Part shown: positions 16,366-25,649 of the stretch, piece after piece | Layout: every line of letters begins with the position of its first letter | How positions within the stretch are numbered: the first letter of the stretch is position 1 | Source of the DNA: a virus | Taxonomy: Duplodnaviria > Caudoviricetes | DNA length: 32,363 bases | Strand: one strand, 5' to 3' | IMG/VR virus record: IMGVR_UViG_3300037851_000932 | Location: 1-32,363 of that record | Position numbers and translations under genes: made by a program | Notes under the pieces: generated by a model | What the model was told of the DNA's origin: nothing | Seen by the model: only the letters and a program-made list of their open reading frames with translations | The model's database searches: none

Positions 16366-18324
16366 ATGGGTCGCACACTCACGCTTCAGAACATCATGGA
16401 CGCCGTGCGCCTGCGCGGCGAATGGCGCGCGTCGTGGCTCACGGACGCCGAACTGTTGTCGTATGTACAGGACTCGGTGGCCGCGCTGCACGATATGCTG
16501 CTGGCCATCGATCCAAGATCCAGCCTGCTGCTCGGCATGGGGGTTGTGCCGGTCGTGGCCGGGACGGCTCTCTACGACCTGCCAAGCGATTTCGGAATCA
16601 TTCTCGGCGTGTCAGTCAAGGACGGAACGTCTGCCGACGGCTATGTCGCGCTGGAGCGCATGGAGTTCGAGCAGCGCTACGCCGACGACTACGACAACAC
16701 GGCGAAGACATCCGCGAGATGGGATCTGTTCGGAGACAGGCTGCGCCTGCAGCCGACACCGAACTGGACGGGCGAGCTTCGCCTGGAGTACTGCAGGACG
16801 TTCGCGCCGACCGGGTTGGCGTCGCAGGCGGTGGATTTCGAGAACAGTTGGCATGAGTGGACTGTTCTCGATGTCTGTGTCAAGTGCTGCGCGAAAGAGG
16901 AGACGGATCCGTCGGTCTATGCCGCCCAGCAGAAAGCCGTCCAGGAACGCATCGGGGCGGTCATGCGGACAGCCGACAATATCGACTCCGAGGCCAGGAG
17001 CCCGTCGGCGACCGGTCTCACGCTGGCCGACATCAGGCGCGCGGTGCGCGCGCGCGGCGGTTGGCGGCTGGGGGAGGTGTCCGACGCCGTCATCACGGGG
17101 GTTGTCAACTCGTCAGTGCGGGCGCTTGAGGATGTGGTCATCGGGATCAACCCGACGCACAGCTCCATGCTGCGGCGCTCGGACATAACCGTCGTGGCCG
17201 GCACCGGCCTGTACTCGCTGCCTTCCAACCTGCACACTATTCTCGGCGTGTCTGTCAGGGACGGATCCACTGCGGACGGCTACGCCGTCCTGGAGCGGTT
17301 CAACTGGGACGAGAGGCTGGCGGACGGTTACGCGGGCGCGGGCAAGGCGAACGCCAGGTGGGCGAGATGGGGATCGCAGATCATGATCGAGCCGGTTCCG
17401 GACTGGTCCGGCGTCATAAGGGTTGAGTATGCCGGGCGGACCGCCCTGACCGGCGATCCGACGCAATCGCTCGACATAGGCAACGGCTGGAGCGAGTGGA
17501 TCATCGCCAACTCCTGCCTCATGCTGTGCCCTCGTATGAAGATGGACCCGGCGCCGTTCGCGGCGCAGGTGTCCGAGATCGAGAAGCGCATCGCGGCTTC
17601 CGTTCGCGCCGAGGAGATGACTACGCAGTTCCCGAGAAGGGGCTCGTCCGGGACGACGCTGGCCGACCTGCGCAGGGCTGCTCGCGGACGCGGCGCATGG
17701 ATGCGCGCGGACATCTCCGACACGCAGCTCACCGAGTGGATCAACGCCTCGATTCGCGAGCTTGTCGATTTCATGGTTGTCCGCGACCCGTCCTTTTTCG
17801 TGTCCAGGACAGACATCGACGTGGTTGTCGGCACGAGGCTCTACAACCTGCCGTCCGACATGTGGAAGCTGCTTGGTGCGGCTGTCGTGGACGAGACCGC
17901 CGTGGACGGATACTGCGTGCTCCAGAGGCATTCCTGGGACGAGCGGTACGACACGGTCTGGTCGAACGACAAGCTGGACACGCGCTATCTGATCGTGGGC
18001 GACCAGCTTGAGCTGCACCCCACGCCGAATTGGTCGGGAACCATCAGGCTGGAGTACGCCCCATATCCGACAGCCCTGTCGGAACCATCCGACACCTTCG
18101 ATTTCCGCAACGGCGCCCAGGAATGGGTGGTACTCGACGCGTGCGCCAAAGCGGCCCTGGCGACCGGCAAGGATCCGGCGCCATGGATGGCCATGCGGGA
18201 CGCCTCGGCGGCCAGGCTGTCGTCTGGTCTTCCGAGGGACGCGGCGAAGCCGAAGAGGGTCGTGGACACATGGAGGCGTGGCGGGGCGGATAGGGCCAGG
18301 AGGCTTCCGTGGCCGGTCCGCTGA
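16366..18324 (+). CDS. Head-tail adaptor (tail tubular protein A-like) with three tandem copies of the domain
   Basis: Three ~213-aa repeats starting near 16375, 17017 and 17653 (TL.....R.RG.W....D......N/D.S...VV.GT.LY.LPS....LG.....DGY..L.R......P.P.W.G..R.EY....EW). Lies between capsid and nozzle genes. Confidence 0.75.
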   Translation: MGRTLTLQNIMDAVRLRGEWRASWLTDAELLSYVQDSVAALHDMLLAIDPRSSLLLGMGVVPVVAGTALYDLPSDFGIILGVSVKDGTSADGYVALERMEFEQRYADDYDNTAKTSARWDLFGDRLRLQPTPNWTGELRLEYCRTFAPTGLASQAVDFENSWHEWTVLDVCVKCCAKEETDPSVYAAQQKAVQERIGAVMRTADNIDSEARSPSATGLTLADIRRAVRARGGWRLGEVSDAVITGVVNSSVRALEDVVIGINPTHSSMLRRSDITVVAGTGLYSLPSNLHTILGVSVRDGSTADGYAVLERFNWDERLADGYAGAGKANARWARWGSQIMIEPVPDWSGVIRVEYAGRTALTGDPTQSLDIGNGWSEWIIANSCLMLCPRMKMDPAPFAAQVSEIEKRIAASVRAEEMTTQFPRRGSSGTTLADLRRAARGRGAWMRADISDTQLTEWINASIRELVDFMVVRDPSFFVSRTDIDVVVGTRLYNLPSDMWKLLGAAVVDETAVDGYCVLQRHSWDERYDTVWSNDKLDTRYLIVGDQLELHPTPNWSGTIRLEYAPYPTALSEPSDTFDFRNGAQEWVVLDACAKAALATGKDPAPWMAMRDASAARLSSGLPRDAAKPKRVVDTWRRGGADRARRLPWPVR

Positions 18325-18716
18325 TCGCACGCGTCAAACGCGTCTACGACGGCACCGAGACGACCGTCCAGCTCCAGGACTCGACCGAGTCCGCCTTCAG
18401 GGACGTGGACACCGAGCGCCCGTGGGGAACCCCCACAGATCTCAAGACCGCGAACTGCTTCGCTGGTTTCGGCGACATCGTGCTGTGCGACCCGACCGGC
18501 GGGGCGTTCACCGTGACCCTTCCGGAGATCACGTCGCAGGATGTCGGCAAGCGCGTCACCGTCAAGAACTACTCTGTTTCCATGAACGCCATCTATGTCG
18601 TGGGAAAGAACGGCGAGACGATAGACCTGCTGTCGTCGATCTTCCTGGCTATCCCGTACCAATGTAGGACCTTCGCGGCTCGGCGCGTCGGAGAATGGAT
18701 CCAGGTGGTGGTCTGA
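18309..18716 (+). CDS. Tail/fibre-associated protein
   Basis: DPTGGAFTVTLP...GKRVTVKN...NAIYV...GETID pattern, common in phage fibre modules. GTG start. Confidence 0.6.
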   Translation: MAGPLIARVKRVYDGTETTVQLQDSTESAFRDVDTERPWGTPTDLKTANCFAGFGDIVLCDPTGGAFTVTLPEITSQDVGKRVTVKNYSVSMNAIYVVGKNGETIDLLSSIFLAIPYQCRTFAARRVGEWIQVVV

Positions 18717-18718
18717 CC

Positions 18719-21700
18719 ATGGCGATCAACAAGAGAACCATACCGGCGTCCATCGGGTCGTTTCCGCTTGACACGGGAACCGATCCGAAGATCGTGTCGC
18801 AGGGAGTCACACGCCTGGAGAACGCCTCGTACAGGCGCAAAGGCGCGATAGGGCATGTTTACGGCTCGAACGAGACGCATTCGACAACGTTCGCGGACGG
18901 CTACTGCGCGGCCCACAAGGGCAGGGCGATGATCTGGAAAAACGGCGAGCAGCGCCTGTGGGACGGCTATGACTTCGTCAGGCTCGACAGCGGTTTCAGG
19001 ACGCTCGACGCCGAGGCTGTCAGGATGGAGGGCATGGGAGATCCCATCGTGTTCCAGCACTCGATGGCCGAGTTCGGGAACATCAGGGCCGTCGTGTGGA
19101 TCGGAAGCGACCCATACACGGGTTTCGCGCACCATGTCGCGACATACGAGATCGACTCCGGGCTGCTTGTTGAGAAGGTATCGATGGGCTATGTCTATAG
19201 CCTCTCGATCATCGAGATCGTCGCCACGTCCACCAGCCTGGTCTACTTCTTCGTCGACACGGACGGCGACCTGCGCAACGGCTTGATCGACACGGCAACC
19301 GGTGCGATCGGGTTGCCGTCCAAGATCAACGCCGGCGTGTGGCCGCAGGTCAAAGCCGCAGTTCTCTCGAAGGATTTCGATGTCTGCGCCTTCGATGGCG
19401 GTGACAATATCGTGGTCGGATGGATCGGCGACGGCGGCACCCCCGACGGTTACTGCGTATGGGGCACCATGAACTCGTACGGCGTGGCCGACGGATATAA
19501 TTGGCGGGACGCCGAGCATGTCGGAACCATCGGCGTCTTCGACGCCGGCGACGATGACGGCCACTACGGCCTGTCGTGGGTGGACAGCAGAAGCGGCGAT
19601 ACGGATTTCTATGTCTTTGTCATCCTTGGTCTTGACGGGGCATCTTTGGATTCTGGGGACATCGAGCTTTGGAACTGGACGGACACGAACGTCACCATCC
19701 TCTCGCCGCCCATGGGCGTCAAGAAAAGCTCGACGGAATGGTGGGTGTACCTGAATGTGCTCGACGACAACTACACCTATCCTGAATGGGGAGGGTATAT
19801 TAGGCGCAACTGGTTTGACGCCGACGAGAACACGGGAAGCTGCCTTGAATTCCACGAGGGTGCGCTCATAGCCGGCAGGCCGTGGAACGACAGGTCGACA
19901 CCCGACAGGCATCAGATGGTGATCGTGCCGCACATGGCGACACCCGGTGATCAGTCGCAGATCACATTCCACATCGTGGGCGATTTCGGCCTCAATCTGC
20001 CGCGCTACATGGGTAGGTTCATGCTCGGCTCGGCGTTCGGCGGGTGGCCCGCCAGGGTTATTGACACACTTCGCAATGGTACGCAGGTCTACCGGTCCTC
20101 GTTCGCCGCTTTGTACCCAGACGACACGATGGGGCTCTGCATGGTCGATATGACCGAGCCGGAAGGCAGGCATATGACGGCCGTCGAGACCCTCAACCAC
20201 CTTGTGTTCCCGGGATCGGTGCCGTACGTGTGGGATGGTCAGGTGCTGGCCGAGCAGGGGTTTTTGCTCTGGCCGTACAGGCTGCGGACAATCCAGAAGT
20301 CCGGCGCCGGGCTCGATGCCCCCAGCACGTACGGATACGTGGCGACCTACGAGTGGTACGATTCCAGGGGCAACCGGTGGCAGTCGGCTCCGTCGCTCGT
20401 GGCGTCCCACAAGACGAACACGGGATACGGGCAGGTCTATGTCCGCGTGCCGCCGCTGACGATGCACGACCCGTACAAGCAGAACATCAACATCATCCTG
20501 TGGCGCACCGACGGGTATGGCATCGTGTACAGGCGCGTCGACCAGTTGCCAAACGCGCAGTTCGCGGCGTATGTCGAGTTCACGGACAACCTGTCGGACT
20601 CCTCGCTGGCCAGCAGGGAGGTTTTGTACACGCAGCCGCCGGGGGATGTCCTGGAGGACATCTGCCCTCCGCCGACCAGAATCGCGTGCGTCCATCAGAA
20701 CAGGTTGTTCGTGGTGAACCGCGAGAAGGACAACATCGAGATCCAGTACACCAAAGAGTTCCAGTACAACCATGGCATTCGGCATTCGGATTTCCTGACG
20801 GTCGAAGTCCCGAGCGCGGACGGCGAGATCACCGCCATGGCATCCTTCATGGACCGCTTGATCGTTTTCAAGCGGAACTCCATCTGGTACTCCTACGGGA
20901 ACGGTCTGTCGAACACCGGCTCCGGCACAGGGTACACGGCGCCGCAGCTCCTGCATCCATCGATAGGGTGTGTGAACCAGAAAACGATCGCCGAGATCCC
21001 GGCCGGGCTGATGTTCCTAGGCAGCAACAACAAAATCCACATCATCAACCGCTCGATGCAGGTCTCCGTTGTCGGTGAACCGGTAGCCTATCACACGCGG
21101 ACATATCCGCCGGTGTCGGCGGCAGCGATCCCGTCCAACAACGAGGTGGTGTTCGCGTCCGCGACTGTCGGGCACACATGCGTCTACAACTGGGAATACG
21201 GCCTGTGGAGCGTGTGGGCGGAATGGAGCGGAAGCGATTGCTCGATCGCCAAGGTGCTTCCGGCGGCCACGGCTTTCGAGTCGGGCGGCGAGAGTGTCCT
21301 GTGGATGGTCAGGCACGATGGCAAGGTTGTCCACCAGAAACCTGGTCTTTTCGGTCATTGGGTTGCTGGCGCCTACTCCTCGGGGCCGGAGGCGGTCCTG
21401 ATCGAGACGGGGTGGTTCCCGTTCGCGCAGGTTGGCGGTTTCCAGAGGCTGCGCAGGATCGTCGTGGTCGGCCAGATGCCGACCCTGCACAAGCTCGGGG
21501 TCAGGATCGCCTACGATTTCGAGCCGGCGTGGGCCGACGACATCCAGCTCGACGTGGACGGCTACATGACGAAGCCGTTCGGGTACGAGCAGTTCATCGA
21601 CGGAACGAACGACAACGCCCTGCTCGACAAGGGGTATGTTGTCGAGATCACCGGCAGCAGGCAGAAATGCTCCGCCGTCAGGCTGCAGTTGTACGACATC

Positions 21701-21826
21701 TCGCCGGATCCGGGCAACAGCGATTTCGTGGTGGCTGACTGCGGTTTCGAATTGACGGCGCTGGCGTTCGAGGTAGGCGTGAAGAACGGGCCGTTCAGGC
21801 CAGGTGATGGAAGGCACACGGATTGA
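18719..21826 (+). CDS. Tail nozzle / DNA-stabilisation protein (tail tubular protein B / P22 gp10-like)
   Basis: About 1035 aa, beta-propeller-like. Contains HQNRLFV, GEITAMASFMDRLIVFKRNSIW, IGCVNQKTI, VYNWEYGLWS and IETGWF. Follows the adaptor gene. Confidence 0.78.
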   Translation: MAINKRTIPASIGSFPLDTGTDPKIVSQGVTRLENASYRRKGAIGHVYGSNETHSTTFADGYCAAHKGRAMIWKNGEQRLWDGYDFVRLDSGFRTLDAEAVRMEGMGDPIVFQHSMAEFGNIRAVVWIGSDPYTGFAHHVATYEIDSGLLVEKVSMGYVYSLSIIEIVATSTSLVYFFVDTDGDLRNGLIDTATGAIGLPSKINAGVWPQVKAAVLSKDFDVCAFDGGDNIVVGWIGDGGTPDGYCVWGTMNSYGVADGYNWRDAEHVGTIGVFDAGDDDGHYGLSWVDSRSGDTDFYVFVILGLDGASLDSGDIELWNWTDTNVTILSPPMGVKKSSTEWWVYLNVLDDNYTYPEWGGYIRRNWFDADENTGSCLEFHEGALIAGRPWNDRSTPDRHQMVIVPHMATPGDQSQITFHIVGDFGLNLPRYMGRFMLGSAFGGWPARVIDTLRNGTQVYRSSFAALYPDDTMGLCMVDMTEPEGRHMTAVETLNHLVFPGSVPYVWDGQVLAEQGFLLWPYRLRTIQKSGAGLDAPSTYGYVATYEWYDSRGNRWQSAPSLVASHKTNTGYGQVYVRVPPLTMHDPYKQNINIILWRTDGYGIVYRRVDQLPNAQFAAYVEFTDNLSDSSLASREVLYTQPPGDVLEDICPPPTRIACVHQNRLFVVNREKDNIEIQYTKEFQYNHGIRHSDFLTVEVPSADGEITAMASFMDRLIVFKRNSIWYSYGNGLSNTGSGTGYTAPQLLHPSIGCVNQKTIAEIPAGLMFLGSNNKIHIINRSMQVSVVGEPVAYHTRTYPPVSAAAIPSNNEVVFASATVGHTCVYNWEYGLWSVWAEWSGSDCSIAKVLPAATAFESGGESVLWMVRHDGKVVHQKPGLFGHWVAGAYSSGPEAVLIETGWFPFAQVGGFQRLRRIVVVGQMPTLHKLGVRIAYDFEPAWADDIQLDVDGYMTKPFGYEQFIDGTNDNALLDKGYVVEITGSRQKCSAVRLQLYDISPDPGNSDFVVADCGFELTALAFEVGVKNGPFRPGDGRHTD

Positions 21827-21841
21827 CCGGAGGAAAAACAG

Positions 21842-23374
21842 ATGGCGTACGGATACAGCGGATACTCGAACAGCTCGCCGGGCTCCGACCCGATGGCCGG
21901 CCAGAAGCAATACTGGGACAGGAGCAACCCGGCGGGATCGTCCGAAAACTGGTACGAGTACACCAAAGGGATGTACCGTCCCGCGCCCGAGGCTTTCGAC
22001 ACCCCCGGCGGTGCCGGTCCGCAGGGCTCGTATGTCAAGGGCTACGCCGGAATGGGCTTCATGGCCCCCCAGGACGAGGACAAGTACCGCAGTTGGATCT
22101 CTCAGGGTTACGGTCTGGCGGGAGCCTCGCGCGGCGACCAGGAGCGAATGCTGGACTACATCAAAGCCGTGGCCGAGGGCAATCTCGGCGGCGGACGCAA
22201 AACGCTCGCCCAGCAGGCTCAGGAGCAGTCCCTGGCCCAGATCCAGGCCTCCTCGACGGCTGCCGCCAGGTCCGGAGCCTCCCCGGCGCTTCAGCGCGCG
22301 GCGATGTACCAGGGCGGGGCTGCCTCGCAGCAGGCCGCCGCGAGCGGCGCCCTGGCCAGCATGAAGGAGCAGCAGGACGCGCAGCGGCTCGCCCTCCAGG
22401 CCGCCGGGCAGATGAGGACGCAGGACATCCAGCAGGCCGTGGCGGCCCAGCAGGGGCTGTTGTCGTCAACGCAGGCCGAGTCCATGAAGAAGGAGATGAC
22501 CGCAAAGTACATCGCCCTCGGCTTGTCCGATCGCGAGGCCGAGAGGCGAGCCAACATGGCTCTCGAGGCCATGCGCATGCAGTCGTGGGAGTCGCAGCAG
22601 GGCAGGGCGATGCAGCAGTCGGCCATCGACCAGAGTTTCTGGAACTCGCTGCTTGGCGGCGGAATCGCGGCAGGCGGGGCGCTGCTTGCCGCCTTCTCCG
22701 ACAAGCGCGGCAAGAAAGACATCGAGCGCGCCGACATGCGGCGCTACCTGACGTCCTGCGCGGGCGCGAAGACAGGCATCACGGACACCACCGGTTTCCT
22801 GGACGATCTGTACGACGAGCCCGGCGTGGTTGTGTCGAATGTCGACGAACCGGGCGTCGCCGGAACCAAAGCGACCCCCGCGACCACTGCGGACAACTCC
22901 GCGAAATACAAAGCCGCTGGCGGAGCCCTCACATCATTCGGCACCAGCATCATGGCGCAGGGCAAGAACGCGGCGCAGGACATGATCCAGGCCGCAGGCG
23001 AGAAGAACCAGGAAAGGATGAACGATTTGTTCAACAGCCTGATGTCGATGCCAGGCGGAACATACGCCGAGGCCGCCCCGGCGGCCGTGAGCGACATGTC
23101 GGCCAAGGAGGGCGAGACGCCGGTGAACGACTTCATGGATGCGCTCCAGGCCTACAGGTACCGCTACAAAGAACCTGAGAAGCATGGGCGCGGCGAGCGC
23201 ATCGGCGTGATGGCGCAGGACATGGAGAAAAGCAAGCTCGGGGATTCCCTTATTGTCAAGGACTCCAAAGGTCTGCGGCACATCGACATGGATCCGCAGA
23301 AGTTCAATCCGCTCGTCCTGGCCAGCCTGGCCGACCTGAACAAGCGGCTGCGCAAGGTCGAGTCGGAGGGCTGA
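21842..23374 (+). CDS. Ejection/internal virion-like protein with C-terminal intramolecular chaperone (peptidase S74) domain
   Basis: Ala/Gln-rich helical body and hydrophobic GG-rich segment. SDKRGKKDI motif, then SDMSAK...YRYRYK...IGVMAQDME...LLASLADLNKRL-type C-terminus, the S74 signature. GGAGG RBS. Confidence 0.75.
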   Translation: MAYGYSGYSNSSPGSDPMAGQKQYWDRSNPAGSSENWYEYTKGMYRPAPEAFDTPGGAGPQGSYVKGYAGMGFMAPQDEDKYRSWISQGYGLAGASRGDQERMLDYIKAVAEGNLGGGRKTLAQQAQEQSLAQIQASSTAAARSGASPALQRAAMYQGGAASQQAAASGALASMKEQQDAQRLALQAAGQMRTQDIQQAVAAQQGLLSSTQAESMKKEMTAKYIALGLSDREAERRANMALEAMRMQSWESQQGRAMQQSAIDQSFWNSLLGGGIAAGGALLAAFSDKRGKKDIERADMRRYLTSCAGAKTGITDTTGFLDDLYDEPGVVVSNVDEPGVAGTKATPATTADNSAKYKAAGGALTSFGTSIMAQGKNAAQDMIQAAGEKNQERMNDLFNSLMSMPGGTYAEAAPAAVSDMSAKEGETPVNDFMDALQAYRYRYKEPEKHGRGERIGVMAQDMEKSKLGDSLIVKDSKGLRHIDMDPQKFNPLVLASLADLNKRLRKVESEG

Positions 23375-23375
23375 C

Positions 23376-25646
23376 ATGGCGCTCGATCCGGAGGCCATGG
23401 CGCGGATGGGCGGAACCGACCCGGAGTTCGCCGAGAAGCTGCGCAAGGTCATGGAGAGGTTGTCGGAACAGGGTTTTCAGCCGAGGGTGTCCAACGCTTT
23501 TCGCACGCCCGAGCAGCAGGCCGAGAAGGTCAGGCTCGGGTACGCGAAAAACCCCGACCCCGGCACGCATGGTGCTGGCCTGGCCGCCGACGTGATCGAC
23601 AAGCGGTACGGATGGGAGGACAGCAAACGGAACGCCAAGTTCTTCGCGGCCCTGACCGACGCGGCGATGGCCGAGGGCTTGACGGCCGGCGGATCGTGGT
23701 TCGGGCAGGGCGGAACGCGCCTGAAGCCGACGCGTCCGGCCCTGTGGAACAAGTACGGGATCGGATGGGATCCAGCACACATAGAGTCGAAGACACCGGT
23801 GCCGCAGGCGGCGCGCGCCGAGAGAGGTGGAAAAATGGCTGGCATGCCAGATGCCGGGGTTGGACCCGGAACAAGGCCGGAATGGCTTCCGGCCGACACG
23901 TCGCTCGACAAGCTGAACACGATCATCTCTGGGCTGGAGACGAGGGTGTCGGCCGAGGAGGACAACACCACCCGCAACACATTGATGGCGCAGCTTGAAG
24001 CCGCCAAACGGTACAGGCTCAATTTCTCCGGGCCGCACCAGCCGCCCGGCGGAACTGTCAATCCGCCGTCGAACGAGCCGATCTCGCTGAATCCTCCGGT
24101 GAAGGTGCTTCCGCTGGAGACCGGGTACAAGAGGCTGCCAGGCAAAACAGCGGCTCCGCCGTCCACGGGCGCCCCTGTCGCCGCCCCGTTCGCCGCCGAC
24201 GTGCCGAAGATCACGCTTGGCGCGCAGGGCCGCTCCGTGTCCACCACGAGCGGCGTGCCGTACCCGGCCGAAGACCTGGCCAGGAGGGAGGAGCTTGGCG
24301 GCACAATGCTTGGCGAGCAGCTCAAGCTGGCCAACGCCAGGCGCGAGCGTCTCCAGAAAATCGCCGAGAAGCGCATCGGTCTCCTGGACGAGGCCGACAA
24401 GACCATCGCCAGGTTCTCCCAGTCGGCGCAGGACGATCTCGACAGGCTCACGGGTCTTGCCGGTGGAAAACCCGTGCTCGGGTTGCCTCCGGGGGCTGTC
24501 GAGGAGCCCGGCATGACCAGCGCGGCCCAACGGGCCCGCGCCGGGCTCAAGGGCGGCGAGGTCGAGAAACCGGCCGTTCCAGAGGCCCGCAAAGGCTTGA
24601 TCGCCAAGATGGAGGAGCGCTTCAACGAGGCTGGCGCCCAGCTCGACGCCGCCAGGAAGGATCTGGCCGATTTCAAACTTGATCCGCAGAGAGGTGTCGG
24701 CATCCAGGTCGTCATCGCCGGCATCGCCGACGCGATGCGGATCATGGGCTCGTCGATCGCGTCCGGCGGACGCAATCTCGGCTCTGGACCGTCCTATGTT
24801 TCGCAGGTGTTGGATCGCAACCTCCAGGCGCAGAAGATCGAACTCGAGAAGATGATGAAGATCCACGGAATGACGAAAGAACAGCGCGATTTCACCTGGA
24901 AAGCGTGGAACGAGTTCAAGGACGAGAAGAAAGCTATCGAGCTCCGCATGGCGCAGCTCGACGCCGCCAGGCTGGCCAACATGACATCGAGGATCGACAT
25001 CAAGGCGGCGGCCGCCGAGGAGATCAACAAAATGGGTCGCGACCTGTCGGCGCTGCGGTACGCCACCGGTGTCGGCCAGGTCGAGGCGGAGATCAAGGCT
25101 AAGGAGAAGGCGGCGGGCAAGACGACCACCGAGGTCTCCGAGACGCGGAAGGAGGCAGTGAACCCGCTGGCCGTGGCGCAGGCCAAGGCGCAGGTGGGCG
25201 GAGGCAAGATCATGCCGCCAGCCACCATCCGCAACCTGGCCGAGGACAGAAGCGTCATCTACGCGGCCATGGCCATGGCGAACAAGATAAGGAACAAAGA
25301 CCTGACTCCGATCAAGGGGATCCCATGGCTTCCCACGGACGCCAACACCTTGATGCCGCAGATCAAGTCCCTGGCGCGCCAGATCGAGCGCAGGCTCGGA
25401 ACGGACAGCGGGAACCTGGCGCAGCAGGAGGGACAGCTCATGGTGGAGTCGGTGACCGGTCGCGAATGGAACAAGGCCGCGCAGGCCCACAGGCGGTTCC
25501 TGGAGATCGTCGGCAGGCTTCGCCGCAAATACGACGAGGAGGTCGGGATGTACGGAAGCCAGGGATACCGGACGACAGGCCTCGGTCTTCCCGAAGACGC
25601 GCTGAAACGGTTCGATTTCGAAGCCAAAAAGAAGATCACGGAGTAG
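23376..25646 (+). CDS. Internal virion protein with N-terminal M15-type (VanY/L,D-peptidase-like) peptidoglycan peptidase
   Basis: FRTPEQQ...HGAGLAADV...GG.W...WDPAHIE (H-x6-D...H zinc ligands) in the first ~140 aa. The remainder is helical/coiled coil. Confidence 0.75.
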   Translation: MALDPEAMARMGGTDPEFAEKLRKVMERLSEQGFQPRVSNAFRTPEQQAEKVRLGYAKNPDPGTHGAGLAADVIDKRYGWEDSKRNAKFFAALTDAAMAEGLTAGGSWFGQGGTRLKPTRPALWNKYGIGWDPAHIESKTPVPQAARAERGGKMAGMPDAGVGPGTRPEWLPADTSLDKLNTIISGLETRVSAEEDNTTRNTLMAQLEAAKRYRLNFSGPHQPPGGTVNPPSNEPISLNPPVKVLPLETGYKRLPGKTAAPPSTGAPVAAPFAADVPKITLGAQGRSVSTTSGVPYPAEDLARREELGGTMLGEQLKLANARRERLQKIAEKRIGLLDEADKTIARFSQSAQDDLDRLTGLAGGKPVLGLPPGAVEEPGMTSAAQRARAGLKGGEVEKPAVPEARKGLIAKMEERFNEAGAQLDAARKDLADFKLDPQRGVGIQVVIAGIADAMRIMGSSIASGGRNLGSGPSYVSQVLDRNLQAQKIELEKMMKIHGMTKEQRDFTWKAWNEFKDEKKAIELRMAQLDAARLANMTSRIDIKAAAAEEINKMGRDLSALRYATGVGQVEAEIKAKEKAAGKTTTEVSETRKEAVNPLAVAQAKAQVGGGKIMPPATIRNLAEDRSVIYAAMAMANKIRNKDLTPIKGIPWLPTDANTLMPQIKSLARQIERRLGTDSGNLAQQEGQLMVESVTGREWNKAAQAHRRFLEIVGRLRRKYDEEVGMYGSQGYRTTGLGLPEDALKRFDFEAKKKITE

Positions 25647-25649
25647 CGC

